Source: Negaprion brevirostris (Eukaryota). Taken from it: 64,000 bases of DNA. The stretch lies in assembly GCA_030324005.1 (NCBI GenBank), contig JARDVH010000133.1:23598409-23662408 (forward strand), given 5' to 3'. The notes under the pieces are model-generated. The model worked only from the letters and a program-made list of their open reading frames with translations, searched no databases and was not told where the DNA came from. Positions 12,130 through 24,450 of this stretch are shown piece by piece; within the stretch, counting starts at the first letter, position 1, and each line of letters begins with the position of its first letter. The position numbers and the translations under genes were made by a program.

Positions 12130-13140
12130 TCTATTGATCACTCATTTTGTGCAGAAAATTCCGGATACTTATCCTAAGTTTTGGCTTTTATTAACAAATA
12201 CCTGTGTCCATCTGTACAACTCACAATTTGATTTGAAGGTATTCTCCATATATTATACTATTATACATATCTCCACAATTTGCCTGGTTTCTTTGTTAAA
12301 AGGTCAAAGTTTCTCCAGTCTTTCCTTTAAACACCGATGAGGTGTCAGCCTCCTACCACTCTGGGGAGACATCCATGCATTGGATGTTGTACTGCAGTGT
12401 CTTGGTAACCAGATGGAACACAGCACTCAACGTGCATTCAGATGGCAGATGATTTGTTCCTTTATTCAACTATTTTGGCATGATAATTCAATATTATTTT
12501 GACTTGTGATGGCTACTTGGCAACGATTGGTCATGTTGAGTGTTTACGAGCAATGAGATGACTTGGGAAGAGGTAGTTAATAGGTTTGCAGCTAAGTATG
12601 CATTTCCCAACACCTAGGGCTCTTGTAATTCTATCCTTGACCATTTCAACACTCCTTAGGTACCCATCTTCCCTTCCTATGTGTAGCACATTAAAACTGT
12701 TTACGTTGGCTTTAATTTGCTCATTTATATGGTTTTTTCAATTTGTTTTGTAAACTGAGTTGTCTTAAGTTGTTCTGAGTTTGTTGTCATTTACAAATTT
12801 GATCAACTTTCAGTGAGGTTTTGAATTAACCGTTGTTATAAATTCAGAATTGTTGTGGCCCCAGTGTACATCTCTGGGATACCTCAAAGCTCTCCACCCT
12901 TTCCCAAATATATTTCTTCCAATGTTTCCCACCTTGCAGCTCATTTCAGACCCATTACCAAGATTTACCCTGAATCTCATCACATTCCTCCTTCGTCTCA
13001 CGGGAAGTATACCAGAAAGTATTTGTATCCTCTATCTTTGTGTTCCAAGACAATCCTTCCATATTGCTTGTTTCTTCCTATGTCAGTAACCCTGAATAGA
13101 CAACCACCATTGGATTTCTTGCCTTCAGTATGCCTTCAAC
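12130..13140 (-). mobile_element. Old CR1 LINE remnant
   Basis: Degenerate CR1 RT and C-terminal motifs on the - strand. Confidence 0.5.
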
Positions 13141-13506
13141 CTTTCCTGCTCTTTCAAGTCTAGCTATTGTCCTTGTGGCAAAACATGCCTATCCCCTTTT
13201 CTGAGCAATTAACTCTCCATGACTTAAATCCCCTGTGATTTATGATCTGCATTTCTAACCCATTTTCTAGCTGTTACTACATCTGTAACCTTGTTTCCTT
13301 CTGCATTATAGAGTCGCGACTGGAATCTGATTGTTACTATTGAACTTCCTGAGAAGCTTCTGAGGTTTTCTCAACTTTTTTTGCCACTTCTACAGCCTGT
13401 ATCCCTGTCACCTTGACTGTTTTACTTAAATATACAGTGATCACTGGTTATTCTCATATTTTGTTTGGTTTGCTGGAGCAGATGTTGAAAAATAGTTTAA
13501 TTTAAC

Positions 13507-13719
13507 CAGGGCTTCCCAAACTGGGGGTCCTGAGCAAATTTTTGCCATGGAGCTTGGATCCATGATCCAAAAGATCCACTGCAAAATTAAGTTTTTAAAA
13601 ATAAGTTAAGACTGAACACAGTGCCCCCACCTCTGACCTTGCACAGCCCCTGCTAAGGGGGTCTTGAAATGTTAAATCTTGAAATGGGGTCACAGTGGGA
13701 AAAACTTTGGGAAGCACTG
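13507..13719. mobile_element. hAT (Charlie-like) MITE
   Basis: TIRs CAGGGCTTCCCAAA / TTTGGGAAGCACTG; 8-bp TSD AATTTAAC vs AATTAAAC (7/8 match). Confidence 0.8.
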
Positions 13720-13969
13720 AATTAAACAGTGGCTTTGTTATCTAAATGGTAAGATAACTAGGAGACATCTAAGGCTGTCCGCTGAGTGAGTGGCTTCTGT
13801 AAGGGCATTGTGCATTTTATTTTCCTAATTTTTGCTGAATTTTTTCAGAACTTTATTGTTTAAAGAACTGTGCCACAATCAGTACCCAATTTCCAAAATA
13901 CACTGTTGCAGCATAAACTGAAAGCAATATTGAGAATCCCATGTATCAAGTGAGAAGCGATTGCCTTGT

Positions 13970-14014
13970 TCAATATTGAGTCATTCAATATTGATTTATT
14001 CAATATTGATTCAG
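13970..14014. repeat. 15-bp tandem repeat x3 with palindromic core TCAATATTGA
   Basis: Cores at 13970, 13985 and 14000; a further CAATATTGA at 13925. Confidence 0.8.
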
Positions 14015-16949
14015 TTGTGCAAGGCACATCATCTGATTTAGTTTCAAGATCTATGGGAGTGTGTTTTAAAAGTCCCACCCTGGGGTAATCAACTCAAACA
14101 GGTGACTTTCCTGAGACTGCTGGGAAGAGCTTGGAACCATGATTGGGTGGAGGGCACTCACTGACAGCTGAGACTCACCCCACAGTACTATATGAGCAGC
14201 TCAAGGGCAGCCAGGAGTCAATGTTCTCAAATCTGTATTTGTCAGCTGAAGAGCTTGAGTATCTTAACTCACTGCTACTGTCTTCCAGTTTTCTATATTG
14301 TCATGTCAAGGTTTATCATGGTAATGTTCGGATATTGTAGTGTTGGGCACAGGATTGAAACTTCAACTCCCAACAGTCTCATAAACAAATTTACGAAAAG
14401 GAGCTGGAAATACCCACCACAATTTTCCAATTTTTGCACTTGTAACGCTAAAGAATTAAATTTTATGTAGTGATTTTTTTCTCCTGAAAATTAAGAATAT
14501 TTTGATGGGTGACAGCAAATTTTATTTGAACATAGTTTGACAAAAATTTGGATGAAATTTTTTGTGTGACTTTGTGACAATTGCTTTTCCCCATTCTGAT
14601 TGGTAGCTGCTCTTCTCTGTAATTGAGTAAAATAGTTTGGACAGCATGAGCAAGTCAGAAAAGCATTGCTCGGATTCTTGTATTATAGTCATATATTTAT
14701 AGTGTGACAGACATTGTACATAGGACTTGTATTTGACGGTTTAAACCAAATTTTTAATAGGCCTATATTTCAATTCCTGTCTTTCTGAACAAACAACAAT
14801 TTATTTGGTTATTTGGTTATTTGGCGAGAAGAGGATTGGGAGAGGTTTAAATGTCAACAACGATTGACAAAGAAGTTGATAAAGAAGGGTAGGAGAAACN
14901 NNNNNNNNNNNNNNNNNNNNNNNNNNNNNNNNNNNNNNNNNNNNNNNNNNNNNNNNNNNNNNNNNNNNNNNNNNNNNNNNNNNNNNNNNNNNNNNNNNNN
15001 NNNNNNNNNNNNNNNNNNNNNNNNNNNNNNNNNNNNNNNNNNNNNNNNNNNNNNNNNNNNNNNNNNNNNNNNNNNNNNNNNNNNNNNNNNNNNNNNNNNN
15101 NNNNNNNNNNNNNNNNNNNNNNNNNNNNNNNNNNNNNNNNNNNNNNNNNNNNNNNNNNNNNNNNNNNNNNNNNNNNNNNNNNNNNNNNNNNNNNNNNNNN
15201 NNNNNNNNNNNNNNNNNNNNNNNNNNNNNNNNNNNNNNNNNNNNNNNNNNNNNNNNNNNNNNNNNNNNNNNNNNNNNNNNNNNNNNNNNNNNNNNNNNNN
15301 NNNNNNNNNNNNNNNNNNNNNNNNNNNNNNNNNNNNNNNNNNNNNNNNNNNNNNNNNNNNNNNNNNNNNNNNNNNNNNNNNNNNNNNNNNNNNNNNNNNN
15401 NNNNNACTTCATCATCACTTGCCAGTCAAAAGAGAGAATAAAATGTATTATCTTTTTTATTTCTTCACAGCAACATTCTACAGACAACTTTCAAAGAAAC
15501 ATAGACCACATTTTAAAATGTTTTAAAATTTAACCTTTAATCATATTTTGTCGGTGAAATTGTCTACGTCCACCACATTATCAACTTTCAGTGCCCCCAG
15601 ACATTACACAGTTAAACATAGAAATCAGGAAGTTGCTGTCCAGGTTTCCCTGTTCCACCGAAAGATTCACTGTAGAAGTGTCTAGTTGAAAGATTCGACA
15701 TTAAAGTGGCATGGTATCAGTCACTGTACTTTGTGATAAATCAACACCAAACTCACCAGAAGGTTTTGCTTGTTCATGCCAGTGTAATTGAACTGTTAAT
15801 GGTGTAAGTTTTAAATTACTGCCAAACACCCTCACCAACATTGAAATTTCTTTAGGATTGAGTTTTAATTAGGAGATTTTTTTTAAAATCTCTTTTTTCT
15901 TTCATCTGCCCTTCTATCTTTCTTGTTCTATTTTGCTTTCTGTACAGGATATGACATTGAATGCAATATTGCACATCCTGGNNNNNNNNNNNNNNNNNNN
16001 NNNNNNNNACAGACTCTGCATGTCTGATTAACAATTCTTCATTCTGGTTAATGAGATACACAGTGGCTTTCGCTGTTCATTGAGGTTCCATATACTCTGT
16101 AGAGGACGAAGTGTCAAAATGACTTTTTAAATACCACAGGTTCCATGTAAAAGCCCATGGAGAGTTTGTGGGCAAGTGTAAGCACAATGAATGGCCAATG
16201 GCACTTGTTATCTGCTGAGAGTAACATCCAGCCCTATATTCCAAAACATTTTTTATTTGGTCAAATGACATTGTGCAGCACATTAGTGCTCCAGAACACC
16301 ACGTCAGGATGTAATTACACTCAGTTTTTGAAATGTGCTGGCATTTTGAGTCAGGCTATTTGACTTCAGGAGGAGTCACAATCCAATTTCACCTGATCTT
16401 GCATTCAAAGACGCATACATCCAGTAATAATCACTTTACTGATTTGTCCTTTTCCTAACAGAGATGCAAAATGTTCAGTTGGAACATAAGCTATACTGTC
16501 ACGCGATCAGGTAAACCATCAAAGGCTGGTGATTAGAACCCTAGTACCTCCCCTTTTTCTTCAGTTCTTTTCTGCAAGTGACAATGCATGTTGAAATTAG
16601 TTTCCTCCTAGTATCATTCTTTCTTCACAAGGCCAGACAGTGAATGCCAGCCGGCCATTCAACCTCAAAAAACCATTATGATGCNNNNNNNNNNTTCAAC
16701 AGGATATTGAATATCAGGTGATAATTGGAGTGGAAACCCTGGCTGATCTTTATCCCTTATTTTCAAGGATCACAGAGGGTAATTTTGGCAAGCACCGGAA
16801 TAAACACAGACAGGGAAACCAACCAGGGACCTTCCTGTTTAATATACCTGTTGGATTTACCAACTGAACAATCAAGCAGCCAGGCAATTTATGTTACTAT
16901 AAAGTTGTAGTTGACTCAGGAGGTCTGCCATTGTTTCCACCATGAAAAT

Positions 16950-18335
16950 ACATCTCCCAGTCCATTTTCAATTTGAAAATTTGCATTCCTAGGTTAAGAT
17001 CTTCCATGGCTTCCCCCTTTCTGACCTCCATCCTAACAACCCTCCAAGGTCTTGCACTCCTCCGATTATTACTCCTTATGAAAAAATATTTGAATTTCCA
17101 GTGACTGTCTGAGAATATCACTTGACACAATTTTAAGTTTTAAGATAATAACAAACAAACTAAAAAGACTAAACAAACTTGACCAAGCACTGTTTAGTAG
17201 ACAACTTACAATTTGAATGACAGAAAAGAACCCCATGCCACTTTTAACACAGCCGACTGACAATCCCCCACCGTGGTTATAATTTATGCTGTCTCTTAAG
17301 TGGACTTTATTCTTTTGTAACGAACTGAAAGCTAGTCTCCATACCCAATGGCCTGCTTCCTTTCCTAGCTGGGTAACTTTCAATCCCAGAGCTGCCTTTC
17401 AGTTTGATGGTTGCACTGGATATTCTTTCCCTCTAATCCAGGGTAGTTGAATGTTACAGCTTTCTTGAAATCCTCACATATTTGGTCTCTTCAGTCTGAG
17501 CATGAGCTCCAGTGCACAACAGGATCAGTATTTTCTCTGCTTAAGGTGCAGGACTGGCCACTTCTGTAATCCAGCATGCCCTCTCAGCTTCTTGCAGATT
17601 GACATGGGTCTACGAAGTTTAGTGATATCTTAGAAAACCTGATAACCCAAAACTTCTGTGGCTTGCTATGGGCTCTTCTCCTTTTGAAGCCCCTCTCTAT
17701 TGCAAGGTGAGAGGGCCACATCCAGGCAGAAATGCGAATTAACTATTTTCTCTCTCCTCAACTCTAGTCGAGCTTGGAATTAAATAAGTAGTTTAAATTA
17801 TAACCGTTAATGAAACTTGACACTCTAAACACCACCTTACACCTCCTTCTGCGATTCAGAGATCTACCCATAGTGAACACAGATGCTGTTGCCATTGTTC
17901 ACAGGTGTAAACAACTTGCAAGTCTCTTGGCTTGATCTCTCGTCCCCTTGGTAACTAAGCTACCTAGGCTTGTTGTCAGGCTGAATTCATAATAGGTCAC
18001 GTATTTGTATTCTTTATTTATTTTACCTTAGATTAAAGAAACAATCTCAAAATGTTATAACCTTGTAAACTTACTGTTTGTAACACATTGCTGATTTCCT
18101 CTATCCTACCATTTACAGCTCTGTGTTAGCTGTCCGGGCCATAGCTCTAGAATTCCCTTCCTGAGCTCTTTGCAAATTATTTTAAGGCAGTCCTTATAAC
18201 TTGCCTGTTTAATCCAGCTCCTGTCCTAAAATTCTCTTATGTGACTTGGTGCCATATTTTGTCTGGTAATGCTTCTGTTAAGTATCTTGGGATGTTTTAC
18301 TGGGTTAACAGCATCATGCAAAGACAAGCTGTTAC
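16950..18335 (+). mobile_element. L2-type LINE 3' end split by an LTR-like insert of about 1 kb (about 17080-18085)
   Basis: L2 tail homologous to 31080-31445 stops near 17077 and resumes near 18088; the insert ends in GTAACA; TSD unclear. Confidence 0.5.
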
Positions 18336-18429
18336 TAAGATAGATCTTTCATAAAGTGGCTTGTGATTATATCTAATTTCCTTCACCCTGCTATGCTCTC
18401 TCTCCCATGATAAATTGACATTGAACATT

Positions 18430-18790
18430 CAGCACCGTTAGTAGTTAGGCAATGCGATAACATTCTTGCCTATATGCCAGAGGTTGTTCATTTAGCCCTT
18501 TATGGCCCAGAGAAGCATAATCCGTTCTTCCAGATCAGAGAGAACACCAAGGCCCTATCTCTATAATCGGATGGATGTAACAGATTTGGAAAAGAATAGA
18601 AAATCCTGCTGGTGTCCCAGACAATGTTTCTCTCTATTCAATATCACTAAAAACACATATCTTGGTAGTTTATATCTTTTGTTACCTTCGGGATCCATTT
18701 TCGTACAAGAAAATGGACATTGAAAACTGACATTGCCCAAATTACAACAGTGTGCTGCACGCAGTAACCCATATAATGCAGAAATTTCCT
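18430..18790 (+). mobile_element. Degenerate DeuSINE (SacSINE1/AmnSINE-like)
   Basis: Deu-like segment GGATGTAACAGAT...GGTGTCCCAGACAATGTTTCTCTCTATTCAATATCACTAAAAACA; compare 56648-56975. Confidence 0.5.
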
Positions 18791-19319
18791 TTGTCCAAAA
18801 GTATAGATAAACTAGAACCGAATCCTTTGATGGTTTTTATTCAGAGACAATAAATATTTTGTCCGTTTTCCTTATTGTTTTGCCAGCTTTTAGCCATGAG
18901 CTGCTGCCAAACCAGACAACAGAAGCTTTATTTTGTGCATTAACTGGACAATGGATTTGAGCAAAAAAAAGTTCACATTTTGGTCATGTGAACCTTTAAA
19001 CTGAACCTTTAAGAGTATGAGTTTCTGTGTCAGCCAACTGGCAGCAGTGTTTATACGGGGGCTGAACGACACGAGAGTGCTTTAACAAATGAACGGAAGC
19101 ATGGAATAATGTTGTAAATGTTCTCTGATTACATCTCCACTCGTTGTGCTCAGTGCATTCAATTCTTCTGGGTTCCGTTGTTGTTTAATATTAGTAATTG
19201 TTAGATGTCTGAGGGTCTGGGGAAGAGCTCTGAAGTCATTTTAGCAGGAGTGATTTGTGAATGTGTCGCGTGTGTGCCCTTACAATGTCATTTCTCCTGC
19301 TGACTCTGGTGTGTAATCA

Positions 19320-19486
19320 CGACCAGCTCTCTATTGTCTGCTTTTCAAAATAACACATCTGCCTCTTTTTGATTGGTCAAATGAAACGGTTCAACCCCAT
19401 CCTGACCTTCCCCTCATGAATATTGATGAGCCTTGAGTGTAGAGGCTGGGTTTATGGTGGAGACTCGTTACTACAGCAGTCCAGCC
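19320..19486 (+). promoter_or_regulatory. Candidate internal promoter/5'UTR of the short KDM2B isoform
   Basis: Reverse CCAAT box TGATTGGTCA (19370-19379) and near-palindrome CTCATGAATATTGATGAG (19413-19430), in a stretch with no recognisable TEs just upstream of the alternative first exon. Confidence 0.55.
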
Positions 19487-19519
19487 ATGTCAGCTTGTCC
19501 CTGGCTGGGCCCATCCTGA
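19487..19519 (+). other. Upstream ORF MSACPWLGPS* in the same frame as the short-isoform start codon
   Basis: gccATGt at 19487, TGA at 19517-19519, 9 nt before ATG 19529. Confidence 0.5.
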
Positions 19520-19528
19520 GATTTGGCC

Positions 19529-19576
19529 ATGTCCCTGAGTGGAGATGATGAGGAGTATGACTCAGACCCAGAGCAG
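19529..19576 (+). CDS. KDM2B: Alternative first coding exon of the short KDM2B isoform (KDM2B-SF-like): MSLSGDDEEYDSDPEQ
   Basis: gccATG start, in-frame upstream stop, phase-0 donor CAG|GTCAGC compatible with the CxxC exon. Resembles the recalled mammalian short-form N-terminus MAMSVSAEDDDYESEPDQ. Confidence 0.85.
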
Positions 19577-20835
19577 GTCAGCTTTCAGCTTTGGTTGTGG
19601 ACGCAGTGGAAGCATTATTTAAAAACAAAACTAGAAAGCCCTTATTGGGGGAAACAATGTCAGAGCCTAAAGTAACTAAGCTGAAGCCAGGCTCTGTTGT
19701 GCTGAATAATGATGGTGGCTGTTCATGTTTTTTAAGGCTGCCAACAGCCTGGTTCGTTTCTTTTTTTTACTGAGGCTTGCTACTTTTAAAGTTGAAACAT
19801 GTGGCATTCTGAGTCCTGCGTGTTTACCTAGGCAGGTATCCGTTACCCAGTTCACAAAGTAATGACCCAAAAAAACCCCTTTTCTCTTCAGGACATTGAA
19901 CAGGCATTTTTGGAGAGTTCATACATATTGTTGGTGTTTGGGATCACCGGCAAATCGACACATGTTAGCGCCTGAAATGTTTCAATAACCATGTTGTGCT
20001 CTTGTGATTTGCAACAGTTTAGTAGCTCCCTTTTGATCCTAGTTTTTCAATAGTGTGTCTCCAGGAAAGATTGTAGTGTTTATACGGCAAAGCAACTTCG
20101 AAAAGAGCGTGGCGTTGCTGCTGTTGCACAAAGTACAGCAGTTGTTTCAATCTGGGACATTAACGCAGCGTGGCCTCCAGTCCGGGGACGGGACTTTNNN
20201 NNNNNNNNNNNNNNNNNNNNNNNNNNNNNNNNNNNNNNNNNNNNNNNNNNNNNNNNNNNNNNNNNNNNNNNNNNNNNNNNNNNNNNNNNNNNNNNNNNNN
20301 NNNNNNNNNNNNNNNNNNNNNNNNNNNNNNNNNNNNNNNNNNNNNNNNNNNNNNNNNNNNNNNNNNNNNNNNNNNNNNNNNNNNNNNNNNNNNNNNNNNN
20401 NNNNNNNNNNNNNNNNNNNNNNNNNNNNNNNNNNNNNNNNNNNNNNNNNNNNNNNNNNNNNNNNNNNNNNNNNNNNNNNNNNNNNNNNNNNNNNNNNNNN
20501 NNNNNNNNNNNNNNNNNNNNNNNNNNNNNNNNNNNNNNNNNNNNNNNNNNNNNNNNNNNNNNNNNNNNNNNNNNNNNNNNNNNNNNNNNNNTCGAGGTCA
20601 TCACTCGATTTTTTTTGTAAATGTTGCTTAATATCCGTATTGATTTCATTGAATTATGTGCTGCTGTGTCAGGGCCCCTGTCTCATGCACCGTATAATGG
20701 ATTCATTGTGAGTGCCAAAAGGAATACTGACTGGGAGAGTTCCTTTAGTCTGTTCCCTCTAGGATTCGGTTTCCTATATAACACCCAGAGAATGTCTGGC
20801 CTGGAATAAAAGGCTATCATTAAACCACCAAACAC

Positions 20836-20965
20836 TCTAAAGTTTAAAGTTAGTTTATTGGTGTCACAAGTAAGGTTTACATTAATACTGCAATGAAGCT
20901 ACTGTGAAATCCCCTAGTTGCCACAGTCAGGCGCCTGTTTGGGTCACTGCACCTAAACCAGCATT
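20836..20965 (-). mobile_element. 5'-truncated V-SINE, alternative-tail subfamily
   Basis: AAAGTTTAAAGTT...GTGTCACAAGTAAGG...ACTGCAATGAAGCTACTGTGAAATCCCCTAG. Confidence 0.75.
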
Positions 20966-21451
20966 CACAAGGAGGTTGGGGGGGAGAGGAGTCTGTTAAG
21001 TTTATTTATTTCCTTTCTTTAAAAATTCTTCCGTCTCATGTGGGGCCAACTGACAAGTTATAGGTTGCTAACTGAAAAGAAGCTTTTTGTTCATATTGAG
21101 ACTGTGCAAGTTGGTGGTGGTCAGAGTAGATTCTTGTCATTGCTGGCACACTATTATGTTGCCTGAGCTGAACTACTGGTACAACATCAGAAGTGTTAAA
21201 CTAACAACTAAGCATGTAACCCATTTCTCCTTCTCCGTGCCCCCTGTATCCCCTTCTATTTCTCCACCAATGCTATCCTCAGATTCAAGGGGAGAACTGT
21301 GTTTATCCATTCTCCTCTTGCATGCATACACTTTGTATGTATGTGTACAAATATTTCTCAATATGTATGTTGCATTGAGCCTCCTTGGTTAGTTAATTGT
21401 CGGCCACTGTTCACCGCTAGATGTGGCAGGACTGCAGAGCTTTGATCTGAC

Positions 21452-21735
21452 CATAGAATCCCTACAGTGCAAAAAGAGGCTATTCAGCCCATTGACCCAG
21501 CACCAACCACAATGCCACCCAGGCCCTATCCCTGTAACCCCATGTATTTACCCTGCTAATCCCCCTGACTCAAATGGGCAATGTAGCATGGCCAATCCAC
21601 CAACCCTGCACAACTTTGGAGTGTGTAAGAAAACTGGAGCATCTGGAGGAAACCCACACAGACATTTGAAGAATGTCTGTGTCATGTTGGAACAATCACC
21701 CAAGGTCAGAATGGAACCTGGGTTCCTGGTGCTGA
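21452..21735 (-). mobile_element. HE1-type V-SINE with CR1 tail
   Basis: CATAGAATCCCTACAGTGC tail, V-domain, partial tRNA-like head. Confidence 0.8.
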
Positions 21736-21879
21736 CACATTGTAGGATGCATGTAGTCTTGTGTTGAAACTTCACCAGGTTACACCTCATTTTTGGTGTG
21801 TTGGGTTCTGCTACTGGCATGCTCTTCTGCAATTCTGATTGAACCAGTTTGGTACAGATTATGGTTGAATACAATTCTG

Positions 21880-23540
21880 TTACTGATGGCCGATAATACC
21901 TAATGGGTTGCAGTTTTAAGCTGCAAGATCTGTTCTGAATCTATCCTATGAAGCATAATGGTAGTGCAACAATATATTGGAAAGCGTCTGGAGGACTTTG
22001 CGATGGCGACATTTACAGATGCAGCTCTGACTGGTAGGTTAGTGAGGTAGGTTTTTCCGTGTTAACACTGCCCTCATCACGTGCTGCAGTCCTGGATATG
22101 TTCTTCAGGACTTGGCCAACTCAGTTACTAGTGGTACTACTGAGCCACTTTTGGTGAGGGATCTTGAAGTCCCCCACCCAGACTACATTTCAAAGTGTTT
22201 CTTCCAAATGTCGCTCAACATGGAGAAGCATTGATTTTTCAGTTGAGGAAGATTTCCTTGCCTATATTTACTACTTATGATAATGAGGTCCAGCGTCAAT
22301 GCTGAGGACCCCTGGAACCACTCACTCTCTGCTATATGTCAATGAACTGCCATCGTTACTGCGTCTGTCCTGGCAATGGGACAGGACTTACCCAAGGATA
22401 GTGATGGAGATGTCTGAGACATTGGTGATAAGGTATGATTTACGACTGCCGGTTTTGTTTGACAGCTGCCTAATTTTGGTACGAGCTCCCAGATGTCAGT
22501 GATGTCTTTGTGGTGTTCATTGGGCATGTTGTTTCTGATGTTGCAGGTGCGTATTCGAAAGCACATCTTAGGATCAGATATAAAACCAATGGTGAAAAAA
22601 GTCTGATTGAGCCTCAGATAGTTGCTAGAGGGAATGATAAAGTTGTTGATTGGGACCAAAGACAAAGGCTTTGATTTTTAGAGGAAAAATTTGCTCATCC
22701 AGCATTGAATATTGACAATTTAATGGAAAGAATGATTGAGTATTGAGATACTGCAGTATTTGATACAGAATCTTTTTGCATTATGGTTTGCTGACATTAT
22801 TATAACTAACTTCTACTATGAATGCATAATCAGAAATGATCAATTTTTTAATAAATTAATATTAAATTAGATTGGCATTAAACAATGCAAAAAAACTGAT
22901 GAATCTGGTAACTTACAATTATCTGAATCAAGAGCACGGTATGTATGATATATTTAAAAGTGTACAGATAGAAGTCTACTTTATAATGATCCTTTTCATG
23001 GCCAATTTCAGAAACAAAACAGACAAGTTAACATGCAGCATCAGCTGCACCTAGAATATTTGCGTCAGGAAGTTGCGGTTTCTTGAAAATAAGCTCATTT
23101 TAGTGCTACTTTCTTGTTTTGCCCATGATGTGCTGAACTAAGGGCCCTTGGCCCCTCATTAGGGTTACTCAATTTAAAGGAAAAAAAGTTTTATTTAGAT
23201 ATATGTCTTTACTTGAGGCATATCATTTTACTCCAGTTATTGTACCTTCTTGTTTACCTTACTTCATCCATAAAATATATTAAGTGCTTCTTCCAAATGT
23301 TGCTTAATATGGAGAAACATTGATTCATCATTTGGGGGAGGTTTCCTTGCCCATATTTCCTTCTCAAGATTGTTAATGAGCTTCAGAGTCAATGCTGAGG
23401 GCTCCTACGACCCACTCCTTCTCCAGTGTATGCCATTGTACTGCCATGTCCAACTTGACAATGGGACAGGACATAACCAGGGATGGTGATGGCAAAGTCT
23501 AGGGCACTGACAATAAGATATGATTCAGTGAATATGACTA
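21880..23540 (-). mobile_element. Decayed LINE endonuclease-domain fragments, including two similar copies (22190-22440 and 23282-23530)
   Basis: - strand LVGDFK and TIPGYVLSH-type APE motifs; same family on + at 61355-61700. Confidence 0.6.
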
Positions 23541-23714
23541 ACTATTAAGTCTTCATCTCTTTCTCCTCTTTGGAAAGGTTTTGTAACATGCATGACATTA
23601 CGGCTTCTAGGGTGAGTGGATGGAAAGTGTGTCATACTTCTGTTTCTGATGGCCAATATAAATTGGGGATCACAGAATTGCTCTGTTGTCTTATCTCAGA
23701 GGAATGATGCCTAT

Positions 23715-24450
23715 TGTGCTCAAGAACAGCTCCTTCCTTGCTGCCATCAGACTTTTGGATGGACGTATCTCGCGTTAAATTGATCTTTCTCTGCATCCTA
23801 GCTATAACTATAACACTACATTCTGCACTCTCTCCCTTCCTTCTCTGTGAATTGTGTGCTTTGTCTGTGTAATAAGACATAGGAGCAGAATTAGGCCACT
23901 TGGCCCATCGAGCCTAGTCCACCATTCAATCATGGCTGATATTTTTCTCATCCGCAATCTCCTGCCTTTTTCCCTATAACCCCTAATCCCCTTATTAATC
24001 AAGAACCTATCTATTTCTATCTTAAAGACACTCAATGACCTGGCCGCCACAACCGCTTTGCTCCACGTAGCAAAGAGTTCCACAGATTCACCACTCTTTG
24101 GCTGAAGAAATTCCTCCTTGTCTCTGTTTTAAAAGATCGTCCCTTTAGCCTGAGGTTGTGTCCCCTCTTTCTAGTTTTTCCTACTAGTGGTAACATTGTC
24201 TCCACGTCCACTCAATCCAGGCCTCGCAGTACCCTCTAAGTTTCAATAAGATCCCTCCTCATCCTTCTAAACTCCAACAAATACACACTCAGAGTCCTCA
24301 AGCTCTTCATTCCAGGGATCATTCTTGTGAACCTCATCTGCACCCTATCCAAGGCCAGGGCACCCTTCCTTTGATACGGTTTTGTGCACAAGAAACAGTA
24401 CTTTTTTTCACTGTATGTTTGTACATGTGACAATAAATCAAATTAAATTT
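23715..24450 (+). mobile_element. Rex1-type 3' end with a nested - strand CR1 (about 23871-24378)
   Basis: Rex tail breaks at TTGTCTGTGT and resumes at GTGCACAAGAAACAG; the insert starts ATAAGACATAGGAGCAGAATTAGGCC and encodes RVQMRFTRMIPGMK. Confidence 0.75.
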
